From IMG/VR virus record IMGVR_UViG_3300029288_000055, positions 96,001-160,000 of that record: a stretch of 64,000 nucleotides of DNA. One strand, written 5' to 3'. The notes beneath the pieces were generated by a model. The model saw nothing but the letters and a program-made list of their open reading frames with translations. It was not told the origin of the DNA and did no database searches. Source of the stretch: a virus (Duplodnaviria; Heunggongvirae; Uroviricota; Caudoviricetes). This document shows positions 27,769 through 39,100 of this stretch, in pieces; position 1 is the first letter of the stretch, and each line of letters opens with the position of its first letter. The translations under genes were made by a program, and so were the position numbers.

Positions 27769-28956
27769 TTACCAACCCTTTTTAATACAATCAACAATAT
27801 ATTCTCTATCTTCTTCAGTAACCCACCAACCAACAGGAATTGATATTAGTTTTGATGTGATTTTATCTAAATTAGGTAGTATTGTTTTATAATCACGAAC
27901 ACAACTATGAATATCGTTTCTTTCATGTACTTGACTAACAACAATCCCACACTGTTTCATATAATCCATAAAATCTTGCTTTTTATCAACAAGCATTGAA
28001 TATATCCAAAATGATGAATCCATTCTTGAATCTCTCTGTAAAAGAGTAATACCTGCAATATTTTTTAAATTATCATCATAATATTTAGCATTATTCTTGT
28101 GAATTTTAATTACATTTTCATCAACCTCTTTTAAATTTTCAATACCTACCGATGCATTAACATCATTCATGTGAAATTTAAATCCCCATTCAGGAATGTC
28201 TGCTTCACATCGAAAATCTTTTTTATTAGTTTCTCGATTAATGCCATACCATCTTACTAATTTTGCTCTTCTGTATAAATTTTCATGTGGAAGTACCAAC
28301 GCACCACCATCCACAGATGTTAAATGTTTAATCGCTTGAAAACTAAAAGTACAAATATTACCATGACTACCCATTGGTTGTCCTTTAAAAGTACTTCCAA
28401 ACGCATGTGCACAATCTTCAATAACAGATGGTTTAAAACCAAAATTTTGATATGATTTAATTTGAATTTCTTCAACTTTATCCAAATCAACAGGATATCC
28501 ACCCCAATGAACCAACATTATTGCCTTTGTTATTGGACTTATTTTTCTTGCTAAATCATCCAAATCCATATTTAAATTATTTGAATCAATATCAACCCAT
28601 TTTATTTTTAAATTATTTGCTAATATTGGAAAATTACTTGCAGTACAAGTTAATGGAGTAGCTAAAACTTCATCACCATCTTTAATACCTTCCCAATGGC
28701 TTTCGCTAAAGGCAACACCACCATAAGATTTAACTCCTTTAAATGGCTTTTTTAATAAATGCAATGCCAAATGTTCTGCAGATGTTGCAGAATTTGTTGT
28801 TACAACATAGTCATTTTTAAATCTTTCTTTTAATAAACATTCAAATTCTTCGACTTTTTGTCCCTGACCAACATATCCTGAGTCTAATACATCACCAACT
28901 GCTTCTCTTGCTAATTTTGACATGTAAACTTTAAATAACAAAATTGTTTTATTCAT
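27769..28956 (-). CDS. DegT/DnrJ/EryC1/StrS sugar aminotransferase
   Basis: NSATSA, VHWGG, IEDCAHA, FSFQAIKHL. Confidence 0.9.
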   Translation of the reverse strand: MNKTILLFKVYMSKLAREAVGDVLDSGYVGQGQKVEEFECLLKERFKNDYVVTTNSATSAEHLALHLLKKPFKGVKSYGGVAFSESHWEGIKDGDEVLATPLTCTASNFPILANNLKIKWVDIDSNNLNMDLDDLARKISPITKAIMLVHWGGYPVDLDKVEEIQIKSYQNFGFKPSVIEDCAHAFGSTFKGQPMGSHGNICTFSFQAIKHLTSVDGGALVLPHENLYRRAKLVRWYGINRETNKKDFRCEADIPEWGFKFHMNDVNASVGIENLKEVDENVIKIHKNNAKYYDDNLKNIAGITLLQRDSRMDSSFWIYSMLVDKKQDFMDYMKQCGIVVSQVHERNDIHSCVRDYKTILPNLDKITSKLISIPVGWWVTEEDREYIVDCIKKGW

Positions 28957-28985
28957 TTTAATTTATATTAAATATTTAATTATTT

Positions 28986-29753
28986 TCATATTCCGACATG
29001 CATAAAAAATTTTTTTGTTAAATCGAATTTTTTTATGTTTTGCCATTTAACATTTGGTGGAAATTCTTCCCAATTATCCGCCAAAGTAATAAAATCTGTA
29101 TTATTTGGTATTCTAACCTTATATCCCATTTTATAATAACAATTTGTAAACATTACTTCTGAAAATCCTATTTGAGCATAAGTACCAATTCCCATTCCTT
29201 CATCATATGGTAATTTTCCATATTTTGCTTTAACCTTTTCTAATATCTCTTTTTTTGTTGCGCCAAAACCACCAGATACAAATGCAATTGCAGGATTATT
29301 TTCTTCATTAATTAATGTTAATGATAAAAATCCAAGATTTTCATTTTCATTGGCAAATTCATCAATAATCATTTTATAATAATTCGGATAAATTATTTTT
29401 AAATCATCTTCGATAAAAAGCCAATAATCATAATTATTACCAAATTTATCAAAAGCATAACTATATGCACCCATTGATGCACCAATATTTTCTCTTTCTA
29501 CTACAAATATTTTTCCAAATTTAGTTTCACTATTATTTAAATTTTCTAAATATTCACAGCATTCTTTAGTTATTGTGTCTGCATGATTATTAACAATAAT
29601 AATATCCATATTGTCAACACCACATTCAAATGTTAAATCATGCTCAATATTTTTTTTAAAAACAATAAGTGCTTCTGTGGCATTTGCAGGACTTGCAGTA
29701 AATTTTCCTCTTCGATTTCCAAAATATGTGCAATATACTTTACAACATTTCAT
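28986..29753 (-). CDS. Putative glycosyltransferase
   Basis: RENIG..GAY, YDYWLFIEDD. Confidence 0.5.
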   Translation of the reverse strand: MKCCKVYCTYFGNRRGKFTASPANATEALIVFKKNIEHDLTFECGVDNMDIIIVNNHADTITKECCEYLENLNNSETKFGKIFVVERENIGASMGAYSYAFDKFGNNYDYWLFIEDDLKIIYPNYYKMIIDEFANENENLGFLSLTLINEENNPAIAFVSGGFGATKKEILEKVKAKYGKLPYDEGMGIGTYAQIGFSEVMFTNCYYKMGYKVRIPNNTDFITLADNWEEFPPNVKWQNIKKFDLTKKFFMHVGI

Positions 29754-30499
29754 TTATTTTTTATAGTATTACAATAATCAATTATTTTTCGTATTCTTTT
29801 ATTCTGACTTGGAGTATCATTCCAGTTTCTTGCAAACCATGTATGATATGCAAAATCAACATCATTATGATTTTTTACTACAGTTGTTAAATCATCATCA
29901 GAATAGTCATATGCATTTAAATACTGCATTTTATATCCATTTCTTAACAGCCAAAAAAATAATTTATATGTTGGTTCAAAATTATCATAAATAATACCAT
30001 ATGGTGAATATCCTTTAGCAATTGTCCTACTAAATTTTTCATGATATGATCTATTTGAATTAATTATATGATGTGGAATAAATTTATCTAAATCATGATC
30101 ATATTTCATAGAATTTGCGTTATTATAATTATATGTTTTTCTTAATTCACCAATTTTAATAATCATGAAAAAGGCAATTATTGAAATTGGATTATGAAAT
30201 CTATGACTAATAACACCGCCATCTGGAACACCAGAACAATGAATATCATTATTAATTTGATAATTTAATAAATCAAGTAATGCATTTTTATTAGTAATGA
30301 AACAGTCTTCATCCACATATATTGCCCAATCACAATCGGCAAATAATTTATCCGTCATCATATAATTAAAAAATGGAAATCCATAAAAACGATTTTTTCC
30401 ATTAACACCAATCATTTCAAATCCAAAATCTTTATAAAATTCTTTAGATATTGAATATAATTCATCACTTAAATAATTTGTTATAAATTTTATTTTCAT
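29750..30499 (-). CDS. Putative glycosyltransferase
   Basis: AIYVDEDCF (DxD). Confidence 0.5.
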   Translation of the reverse strand: MKIKFITNYLSDELYSISKEFYKDFGFEMIGVNGKNRFYGFPFFNYMMTDKLFADCDWAIYVDEDCFITNKNALLDLLNYQINNDIHCSGVPDGGVISHRFHNPISIIAFFMIIKIGELRKTYNYNNANSMKYDHDLDKFIPHHIINSNRSYHEKFSRTIAKGYSPYGIIYDNFEPTYKLFFWLLRNGYKMQYLNAYDYSDDDLTTVVKNHNDVDFAYHTWFARNWNDTPSQNKRIRKIIDYCNTIKNK

Positions 30500-30512
30500 T
30501 ATTTTTTTGTAT

Positions 30513-31259
30513 TTATTTTTTCAAATGATTAAATCCAATACTATTAATAATTGTGTTATTGTCTTTATTTAAATATTCTGTATAATAGTTATAATTATTA
30601 TTATAATACGGATTATTTGTACCATCATTAACACCCTTTGGATGATTTAAATGAAATAAATCTGAATTCAATCTAACTACTCCAATTGTCTTAATTGCTT
30701 TAACATAAAAAGCATCATCTTCACCACCCCAACCAATAAATCTTGGGTCATGTCCACCTATTTTATAATAATTATCTGAACTTATCATAACTACTCCACC
30801 ATTTGACTGACAATTTCTTCTAATTAAATTTAAATCAAAATTGTTAAATGATTTATGATTATTAATAAATTGAACTGTCTGATTTTCATCAAGATTAAAT
30901 ACTGGTTTATTATATGGTAATATTATTTTTCTATCAAGAATATTCAACAAATTATTTATACTTAATAAAATGTTTTTATCTACAACACAATCAGTATCAA
31001 TAAAAAACACATATTTATTTTTGTTTCCATTATATCCTTCATTTAGTAAATATGACTTACAAAATAATTGTTCAGTTATTTTCAATTTCAAATGTGTACC
31101 AATCAAATCTTTAATTTCATTAATATCTGTTTCAGTATTTTGTTCGACAATAATAATATTTGAATCAGGTAGATATTCTTTATAATATTTTACAATAAAA
31201 AATAAATTTCTTTTTCTATATTCATCAATATTACTATGCGGAATTACAATATCAATCAT
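30513..31259 (-). CDS. GT2/GT7-like glycosyltransferase
   Basis: FFIDTD, GGHDPRFIGWGGEDD. Confidence 0.8.
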   Translation of the reverse strand: MIDIVIPHSNIDEYRKRNLFFIVKYYKEYLPDSNIIIVEQNTETDINEIKDLIGTHLKLKITEQLFCKSYLLNEGYNGNKNKYVFFIDTDCVVDKNILLSINNLLNILDRKIILPYNKPVFNLDENQTVQFINNHKSFNNFDLNLIRRNCQSNGGVVMISSDNYYKIGGHDPRFIGWGGEDDAFYVKAIKTIGVVRLNSDLFHLNHPKGVNDGTNNPYYNNNYNYYTEYLNKDNNTIINSIGFNHLKK

Positions 31260-32305
31260 GATTGACTATTTTTATTTATCTCACCAAAAGATTCGATACT
31301 ATTAATTTTATTTTTAAGTTCATTTATTGACATATTTTTATACTTATCTACAAGTAATATATTTTTATCTCGAAACGAATAATACTCATTTTTATTATTT
31401 TTAGAATAAACATCTTCATGAAATACATGTACTGCAATATCATTAACATTATATAATAATAAATTCATTTTTTTTATTTTAAAGTCAAAAATATCGTCTT
31501 CACCGCCCCAACCATAACAATCTTCATCAAAACCTTTTAATTCTAAATATTTATTCTTTTTCATCATAAAAACACCACCAGATATTACGGGTGCATTATA
31601 TGTTCTTTCAAGTGTTTTAACCACATTAAAATCATAGTCATTTGACATAAATAATTTACTTTTTTCTTTATTTAAATAATATAATATTTTATATGGATTT
31701 ATTATATCAAACTTATCTAATAAATCTATTGTAATTCTATAAGTATTCAATTTTAAAAATAAATCAGAATCGCTAAATACAAGATAATCACCTTTTGCTG
31801 CTTTTACTCCAATATTATATCCCCAACCTTTATTAAAAACACCATCATTTTTAACAAATATGTGATTTATGTCTTTATATCCTTTAATTGTTGACAACCA
31901 ATCTACTTTGCTTTTACTATCTTGTTCAACTAAAATAATTTCTGTTTTACCATTTAATAGCCATGATAAATAATCCAATAATTTCATAAGATTAATTTTC
32001 CTATCAATATAACTTTCTTTATATGATATTATAATTGATTGCTTTATACTTTCATCAATAATATATTTAAAATTTTTAATAAAATCAATATTACTTATCT
32101 CATCTATATTTGATTCAATTTGAACATTAATCGGTATTTTATTTGATATTTTAGTAATTGGTGCTGTACTACCAAATATTCTTAATCTATCTCTTTCATT
32201 CATATTTTTATTATTTTTACGTTTTTCAATAAAAGTATATTGCTGATGCCTAAGTTCAATTCTTTTTTTAATTGTATTTTTTGTATAAATACTCTGTCTC
32301 TTCAT
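31256..32305 (-). CDS. GT2/GT7-like glycosyltransferase
   Basis: FNKGWGYNIG, FSDSD, GFDEDCYGWGGEDD. Confidence 0.8.
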   Translation of the reverse strand: MKRQSIYTKNTIKKRIELRHQQYTFIEKRKNNKNMNERDRLRIFGSTAPITKISNKIPINVQIESNIDEISNIDFIKNFKYIIDESIKQSIIISYKESYIDRKINLMKLLDYLSWLLNGKTEIILVEQDSKSKVDWLSTIKGYKDINHIFVKNDGVFNKGWGYNIGVKAAKGDYLVFSDSDLFLKLNTYRITIDLLDKFDIINPYKILYYLNKEKSKLFMSNDYDFNVVKTLERTYNAPVISGGVFMMKKNKYLELKGFDEDCYGWGGEDDIFDFKIKKMNLLLYNVNDIAVHVFHEDVYSKNNKNEYYSFRDKNILLVDKYKNMSINELKNKINSIESFGEINKNSQS

Positions 32306-33024
32306 ACTTTATAATTTGTTGTATTATAATTAATTTTACCATTAGTTTTTGGACGGTTACTAAAATAAATCGGATATTTCTTTTCTTGAAGTTTTAAATT
32401 TAATTCTGGAAAATTATCAATATGTACAACTCTAATATTTTCAATTTTTTTAATTTCATAACCACGTTTTTTCATTTCATTATTTAAATTAAAATCCCAA
32501 AATTGTGATTCGTCAACAATCCACGAATTTATCTCTTCAACAACTTTTCTTCTTTGCATATTAACACAAGTTACAATATTTGAATCACCAAACACTATAC
32601 TTTCAAATTCAATTTTATTTGTAGTCTGCAACACATTATATACTCCATTTCTTTTAAGCATTAACTGACCAATCTTAGGAAATGTATCCATTATATGCAC
32701 CATATTTGCTAAGAAATGCGGTGTAATTGGTGGACAATCATTATCCCATTGCATTGTATATTCACAATCTTCATCAAGATTATTATAACCTACTTTCGTG
32801 CCACCAAAATCTCCAGTATTTTCAGTAAGATAAATTGGTTTGATCTTATAATAACCTTCTTTTTCGAGTGATTTAAGCCATTGACTTGTACCATCAGTTG
32901 ATGCTTGATCGATTACAATCATCTTATAATCATTATAACCAGCCAAACGATCAATTTCACGAATAGTAAGTGATGTATATTCCAAACGATTAAACGCTCT
33001 TATTATAATATTTACTCTTGCCAT
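32302..33024 (-). CDS. GT2 glycosyltransferase
   Basis: IDQASTDGT, WDND. Confidence 0.8.
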   Translation of the reverse strand: MARVNIIIRAFNRLEYTSLTIREIDRLAGYNDYKMIVIDQASTDGTSQWLKSLEKEGYYKIKPIYLTENTGDFGGTKVGYNNLDEDCEYTMQWDNDCPPITPHFLANMVHIMDTFPKIGQLMLKRNGVYNVLQTTNKIEFESIVFGDSNIVTCVNMQRRKVVEEINSWIVDESQFWDFNLNNEMKKRGYEIKKIENIRVVHIDNFPELNLKLQEKKYPIYFSNRPKTNGKINYNTTNYKV

Positions 33025-33662
33025 TAGAAATTATGTTTAGCTCTGATCGCATTTATAGCGTCAATTTCACTGTTATTGTTTGAGGTAATACCAGAATCAA
33101 GGTAGTATGCATAAAATTCATTATTAAACACTGCAACACCTTCTCTGCCACTTTTAAGCATTGTCAAATACATATCCCAATCTTGTAACCTTTTAAGATT
33201 TTCGTCAAAACCACAGAATAATTCTCTACGTATTAATGACATAGTAGAAATATAATTACCATATTTTAAATTATTTCCATTAAAGGGTATTGTTGGTATC
33301 ATAAAATTATTTTTTAATGGATGATTGATGGCATTAATTACAATGCCAATATACCCACTATATGCATATGCCTTGTTTGGATTTTTATTTAAAGCATCTA
33401 ATAATTTTTCAAAATGATTTTTTGGTAAAATAATATCATTGTCACAAAAAAATATAAATGGTTGGGTTGATTTTTTAAACCCATCATTTCTCTTTTTAGG
33501 TGCACCACCTAAATCATCATTAATAATAATTTCTTTGGGTTGATTTGCATCAATTAACGGAAGTACGTAATTTTCAAAAAAATCTTTTCTTACTTTATCC
33601 TTACTGGTTGGAATTATTACCGATATTGGTAATCCTTCATCATATTCAATAACATTAATCAT
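33024..33662 (-). CDS. GT2 glycosyltransferase
   Basis: ISVIIP, FCDND, FDENLKRLQDWD. Confidence 0.8.
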   Translation of the reverse strand: MINVIEYDEGLPISVIIPTSKDKVRKDFFENYVLPLIDANQPKEIIINDDLGGAPKKRNDGFKKSTQPFIFFCDNDIILPKNHFEKLLDALNKNPNKAYAYSGYIGIVINAINHPLKNNFMIPTIPFNGNNLKYGNYISTMSLIRRELFCGFDENLKRLQDWDMYLTMLKSGREGVAVFNNEFYAYYLDSGITSNNNSEIDAINAIRAKHNF

Positions 33663-34203
33663 TTTTCCATTGTTTATTTCTAATTATTCTTGATATGGTT
33701 AATTCAGATACATTATATTTTATTGCAAGTTGTTTATATACTTCAGTTTTTAATTGATCATTAAAATTAAATGTACGAATCTCATGAACCTGATTTTTTG
33801 TTAATTTAGCATTTATATTGTTTTCACCAATCATATTTAATCCATTCGAATGACCTTCAACTTTTTTAGCAATATTATATAATTTATCTTTATATATTTT
33901 AAAATACTTATCTAAATATTGTTGTTCAATTTCATGTAAATTATTTTTGTTAAAAATTTGAATAATTATTGAAAATATAAAATTCTTAGACCCATATTTA
34001 TTCCATGCACGCTGTAAGTGTATGTTGTCATGTTTATTTTTATTTAATAAATGTATATGATGACTCCATCGATTTTTATAATTAAAAGCACTTCCAATAT
34101 AAAAACATCCATTTATTATATTTAAAATACGATAAATTGAACGTGGTGCTGCTTCAATGTAAGAAGGAAAATCATTATTTATTCTAAGCACATTACTTAT
34201 CAT
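33655..34203 (-). CDS. GIY-YIG homing endonuclease
   Basis: SIYRILN...FYIGSA...RW..H...LQRAWNKYG; C-terminal HTH. Confidence 0.85.
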   Translation of the reverse strand: MISNVLRINNDFPSYIEAAPRSIYRILNIINGCFYIGSAFNYKNRWSHHIHLLNKNKHDNIHLQRAWNKYGSKNFIFSIIIQIFNKNNLHEIEQQYLDKYFKIYKDKLYNIAKKVEGHSNGLNMIGENNINAKLTKNQVHEIRTFNFNDQLKTEVYKQLAIKYNVSELTISRIIRNKQWKND

Positions 34204-34886
34204 GCTTGATATATTATTGGCAATTCGTCTTTATATTTTTCTACGAATTGAAGTCTATTATTTTCCCATTGCTGGTTTGTCATTCCTACTGACTGGTGTA
34301 AAATTCTTATGTCTGTTGTAACACCAATATTACATCCAGCCAAATAATTGGGTACACAAAATGCAAGATCATAAAAATGAAAGCCTTTAAATTCTTCGTC
34401 CCACGGATGTACAATATTATTACAATCAACTGCCATAAATACACCATCGACCAAAACAACAGGTTTTGTATAACCTTTAATTGGTACTGCATATTCACTT
34501 ACCCAAACATTTGCTCCGTCTGTATGTTCAACAACACCACACATTTTTGTTCTATCTGCCCACCATTGACCACTTTCATGAAGAAATGTTGTACCAGCAA
34601 CACCAATAATGTCAAAGTTAGTGCTATTAAATTTACTGAGAAGTAATTTTCCCCAAGTACGAGTTCTGATTGTAATATCATTATGACAAAACACGAAAAT
34701 TGAATCAGGGTCATTATATTCTTTAATGGCTCTGTTATATACTTCACTAAGGCTAAACTGATTGAAGTTGGTATAGCACACTGTCTGATGTTTAACACCT
34801 ATTGTGTCATTAATATGCTTAATAAATTTTTGATTTTCTTCCTCTGACAAATGTGAGGAAAAAACTACGACAATATTATTTTTCAT
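34200..34886 (-). CDS. GT2-like glycosyltransferase
   Basis: YNRA, FCHND, IGVAG, VDGVFMA, FHFYD. Confidence 0.75.
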   Translation of the reverse strand: MKNNIVVVFSSHLSEEENQKFIKHINDTIGVKHQTVCYTNFNQFSLSEVYNRAIKEYNDPDSIFVFCHNDITIRTRTWGKLLLSKFNSTNFDIIGVAGTTFLHESGQWWADRTKMCGVVEHTDGANVWVSEYAVPIKGYTKPVVLVDGVFMAVDCNNIVHPWDEEFKGFHFYDLAFCVPNYLAGCNIGVTTDIRILHQSVGMTNQQWENNRLQFVEKYKDELPIIYQA

Positions 34887-35475
34887 TTTTAATTGATTTT
34901 TTACTAAATTCAATAAATTTATTCATTTGTAACTCATTATGTTTACTTAAAACATATTGTGTTTTTTCAAGATCATATATAATTTTCTTAATATATGGTG
35001 GATATGTATAATATGGTTTCATTTCTTCTAACATTATTGAATTTCTATCACCATATCCGAAATTACGTACTTTTGCTATTTTTTCGAATTCATTTCCGAA
35101 AATCCAACTATAAATATATCCATATCTTTCCTCTAAATTTATTTTAACAAACACATATATATTTGAATAATTTTTATCTTGATATTCAATAAGATGTTCG
35201 GCTTTTGATTCTTCGCTGCTTTTTACATCAACACCATGTTTAAAGTCAAATCCTTCATCACCATCAATTAATAAACGATGATCAAATACTTCATTAAGCT
35301 GAATTTGATATATTATTTCACCTAATACGCCAACTATTTCATAATTTGGACTTAATTGTTTACAAGATGCAAAACTTTTCTTTTGTTCATGACGTTGTTT
35401 TGCAATAAATTTAGCAAATTCTAAATAAGGTGATATATTAATTTTTAAAAAATCAGGAACTTCAAATTTTTCCAT
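34876..35475 (-). CDS. Hypothetical protein, possible PD-(D/E)xK nuclease
   Basis: GE...GDEGFDF...VDVKS; promoter TTG-N20-TATGTTTG at 35497-35527 supports start at 35475. Confidence 0.5.
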   Translation of the reverse strand: MEKFEVPDFLKINISPYLEFAKFIAKQRHEQKKSFASCKQLSPNYEIVGVLGEIIYQIQLNEVFDHRLLIDGDEGFDFKHGVDVKSSEESKAEHLIEYQDKNYSNIYVFVKINLEERYGYIYSWIFGNEFEKIAKVRNFGYGDRNSIMLEEMKPYYTYPPYIKKIIYDLEKTQYVLSKHNELQMNKFIEFSKKSIKNEK

Positions 35476-35537
35476 GCATGCAATTATTAATAACCGCAAA
35501 CATAATCATTTTTATTTAAATTGTCAAGATATTTTAT

Positions 35538-35819
35538 TTAAACATTAGTAAATATTCCATTTATCAACCAACCATGATAATCACACTTAACTCCAGCATT
35601 AGTTATTGAATTGCAAATAATTGACGGATGTAATGTAAATGTCTCAGGATTGTACATATGCGGACCCGTTGAAGTCTTCTCGCATTTCGGACAGCAAATA
35701 ATTAAACCATGAGATATTAATTTACCATCTTTATTATTTCTGATATAAACAATGCATTCTCCCCCAACCAATTCATCTGGATATGCATCTTGCTTTATAA
35801 CTGCCTTTATTTCACTCAT
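35538..35819 (-). CDS. Small Cys/His protein (DUF6527-like)
   Basis: CPKC...TLHPSI...C.YHGWLING. Confidence 0.5.
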   Translation of the reverse strand: MSEIKAVIKQDAYPDELVGGECIVYIRNNKDGKLISHGLIICCPKCEKTSTGPHMYNPETFTLHPSIICNSITNAGVKCDYHGWLINGIFTNV

Positions 35820-35821
35820 AT

Positions 35822-36136
35822 TTATTGATTTTTAAAAGCGGTTAATATTGCCTCATAATCTCCTTTAACTTTAGATAATGGAAATGGTATTCTTATAAGA
35901 GTGCCATCAGGTATATCAAATTCACTTGCAAAATTACCATTAGCATATAAAATAAAAAAATCATAAAATGAATTTCCATAATATTTTTGACTAAGTTTAT
36001 CCATTCTACTAAAATCCGAATTCCAATATTCATACTTATCACTTGGATTCATAGGTAAATTAACAAATGGCATAGCACTAATTGTACCGTCACCATTCTT
36101 TAAAATTGCATATCTATCATAATCAATATTTGGCAT
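35822..36136 (-). CDS. LysM-like baseplate protein
   Basis: RMDKLSQKYYG...ILYAN...G..IRIP. Confidence 0.65.
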   Translation of the reverse strand: MPNIDYDRYAILKNGDGTISAMPFVNLPMNPSDKYEYWNSDFSRMDKLSQKYYGNSFYDFFILYANGNFASEFDIPDGTLIRIPFPLSKVKGDYEAILTAFKNQ

Positions 36137-36142
36137 AATTTA

Positions 36143-39100
36143 TTAATGTAAAAGTAATCCATTATTTATAATTGCAGCAATAATTGCCTTCACCTGTCTT
36201 TCATCATATGATTTATTTAATCTTTGTTGTTCAGCAGTTAATATTTCTTTAATGTATGATTCTTGTAAATCAGCTTGTTTTGAAGGTAATTTATACATAC
36301 CAGCATTTGAAAATGAAGAATTTGCATAATAATTGAATGTAACTGCATTCTGCAATGCATCAATAGGTCCTTTCAATGATTGACCACCAATTATTTTTAT
36401 TTGCAATGTAACTTTAGCCATCATTGGTTGCATACCAAAACCTTCTGGATTCATATCCCAAGTTGTATCAGAATAATCAATTGTATAATTTTCAATTATT
36501 ATTTTTGTATAAAAGAAATCACCTACTCTTAAAACACATATTGGTTGACGACCAAAAACAGAATTTTTTGCAGTAATATTGTTAACACCAGTCGCATTAT
36601 CTACACTGTTCCATGATTTTGCAGCACCCTGTCGTTGACACTGATGCAAGAAAGTAAGTCGTTTATGAAAATCTTCTGGTGTTTGACTATGAAATACTGG
36701 ATAAAAATAATTACCACTAACTGAATCAAAACCATGAAGAATTCCAGTATCAGAAATGCCATTTGCAGTTGTTGCACCCCTTTCATTTAACACGCAAGAT
36801 TGACTATTTTTTATTTTTTGAAGTTGAACTTTTGCTGCTTCAATTTCTGCTTGTAATTTAATTATATTTTGTTCATCAGTTGGTGATAATTCAGCTTTCT
36901 TTGGTGGTTGTGCCTTATCATTTTTTCTAATTTCAATAAAAGCATGTCTTTCCTGTTTAGTTTCTTTTGCTGGAATTCTTGCAATTGTAGCATTAGTATC
37001 AGTTGCTTCAACATCACCAGTACTTTCACCAAGAACTAAATCCCAAATAACTTCAATACCATTAGCTACCGAACTTCCAAACATTGTTGCTAATTTTTTC
37101 TTTATTAAATTTTGTACAGCTACTGCTCTTCTTTCACCTAATTTTTTATTATAATTGCTACCAGCAACCACATCAGTTTCAATTGTTGGAGTAAATAATT
37201 TTGATGCTGCACCATGTATATAAACACTATAATATGGTCTATTATTTTCATCATTAAATATATTAAAAAGTGCATTATTTAATATATTTATACCAAATTG
37301 ATCAGTAAGTCCTGTTGCAGTATATTGTGAAGGAGTATTTGTATCTAATGCATATTTTTGTGCACCATCAATAAAGCCAAGATCAATAATACCTGTTTTA
37401 AAATATGCACCAGCATTTAAACCCCAACTTGTAATATCTGAAGAAGGTAAACCATCGATAATTTCGTATGTATATTTTTTATAAAGATCATCAATAATTG
37501 TATTAAGATTATCATTTACTGCTGGTACATCATTTGGAAACACAACATCAATATCTACTGGTTGAATATTATTTGGCTCTGCAGGATTAGTTTTTCCTTT
37601 AATTATTTCAATATCATTTGTTAATTTTGCTATTTTAAATTCATAGTTTTCAATTGATACAAATTTATCTATAAATGGCTGACCACCAAATGCAAAAAAT
37701 TCTGCAATTTCTTTTTGCTTACCAGTTGTATTTGCAAAATTTTTAAGTTGTTGTGGATAATCTATAAGTAATGTAAAACTAAGAGTTGCACCCCTTTCAG
37801 AATTCATATAATTATACATTGGTTCATTTCTACCAATAATCGATGTTGGTTCAAATTTAGCTACACCAGTTTCTTGTATTTCAAGATTATATGGCGGAAA
37901 CCACATAATTCGCCCATTGAACGGACCGACCTCACATGCTGGTATTGGAGAACCATATTCATCATCAATAATACCATATGTACTTTTACTGAGAACTCTA
38001 ACTGCAAGGTTTTCAATTGAAAACATTAAATTTTTTGGGTCTGGTTTTCCATCCTTATCTAATGTGGGATGAATACGGGGTAATACACTCTTATATAGTA
38101 CAGAATCTTTATTACCACCATAAACCTGATTACCATTAAATCTAATTGCTTTTGTAAATTTGCCATATTGATCTAATACACTATGCTGACGAATACCTTT
38201 ACGTCCAGCAAAATCAGGAAGTGCAGTTGAAGGTGCTCTCCATAATGCTGACCCATTAAAACCTACAAGTTTATCACCATCAGTAAATGCTTTTCTTGTA
38301 ATATCGCCAATCTTACCTTCAGTTGCATTTATTAAATTTCTTGTATACTCCAATAAACCAGTTCTAATTTTAAAACCAGCTTTTAAATTCTGTGACTGAA
38401 GATTATTTAAAACTTCAGGTTCTGAAACTCCACGTAATTGGGTTAATTTATCTTCAGTTTCTGGTGTAGTACCATCTCTACCCCAAACAACTTTATTTAA
38501 TTGATTGTCATTACTAAATTCAGTATTATTATCAATCCAACTATTTATGGATTGATCATCTGAAAATCCTAATAAATCACCAGTTTTTTCCGTACTTTTT
38601 GCTAATGTATTTCCAAAATTATTATTAATAAAATCAGCATCTGGTGCATATTCTTGAGTATTTGTTGAAGTACTATCATATGCTACAACCATCTGATTAT
38701 CCGATTCTACTGCTGCAGAACCTGAAGGATGATTAGTCAAATAAGGATATTCTTTTGCACTATTAAAATTAAAATATGTTTTATTACTAACAATATTACT
38801 TCTTGGTTGAATTGGACTTCGTGCAATAACGCTATATTGTGTTAATGTAGTGTCATTTTGTTTATAAATGTTCTGATTAATTGCACTATATAAAAATGTT
38901 AACTGTCCAGTACCTGTATTTTTAATAAAATCAGCATTTGTTGGATTTTTAGTAAATGGATAATCTCTATTTGGATAATTATAAATTAAATTATCAATAA
39001 AATTCTGAAAACTTGTTTGTTTTTTTACTGTTATACTGAAATTAATATTATTAGTAAAGAGTTTAGTATCTTTTGAACCATCAAATAAATTAGCTAATTT

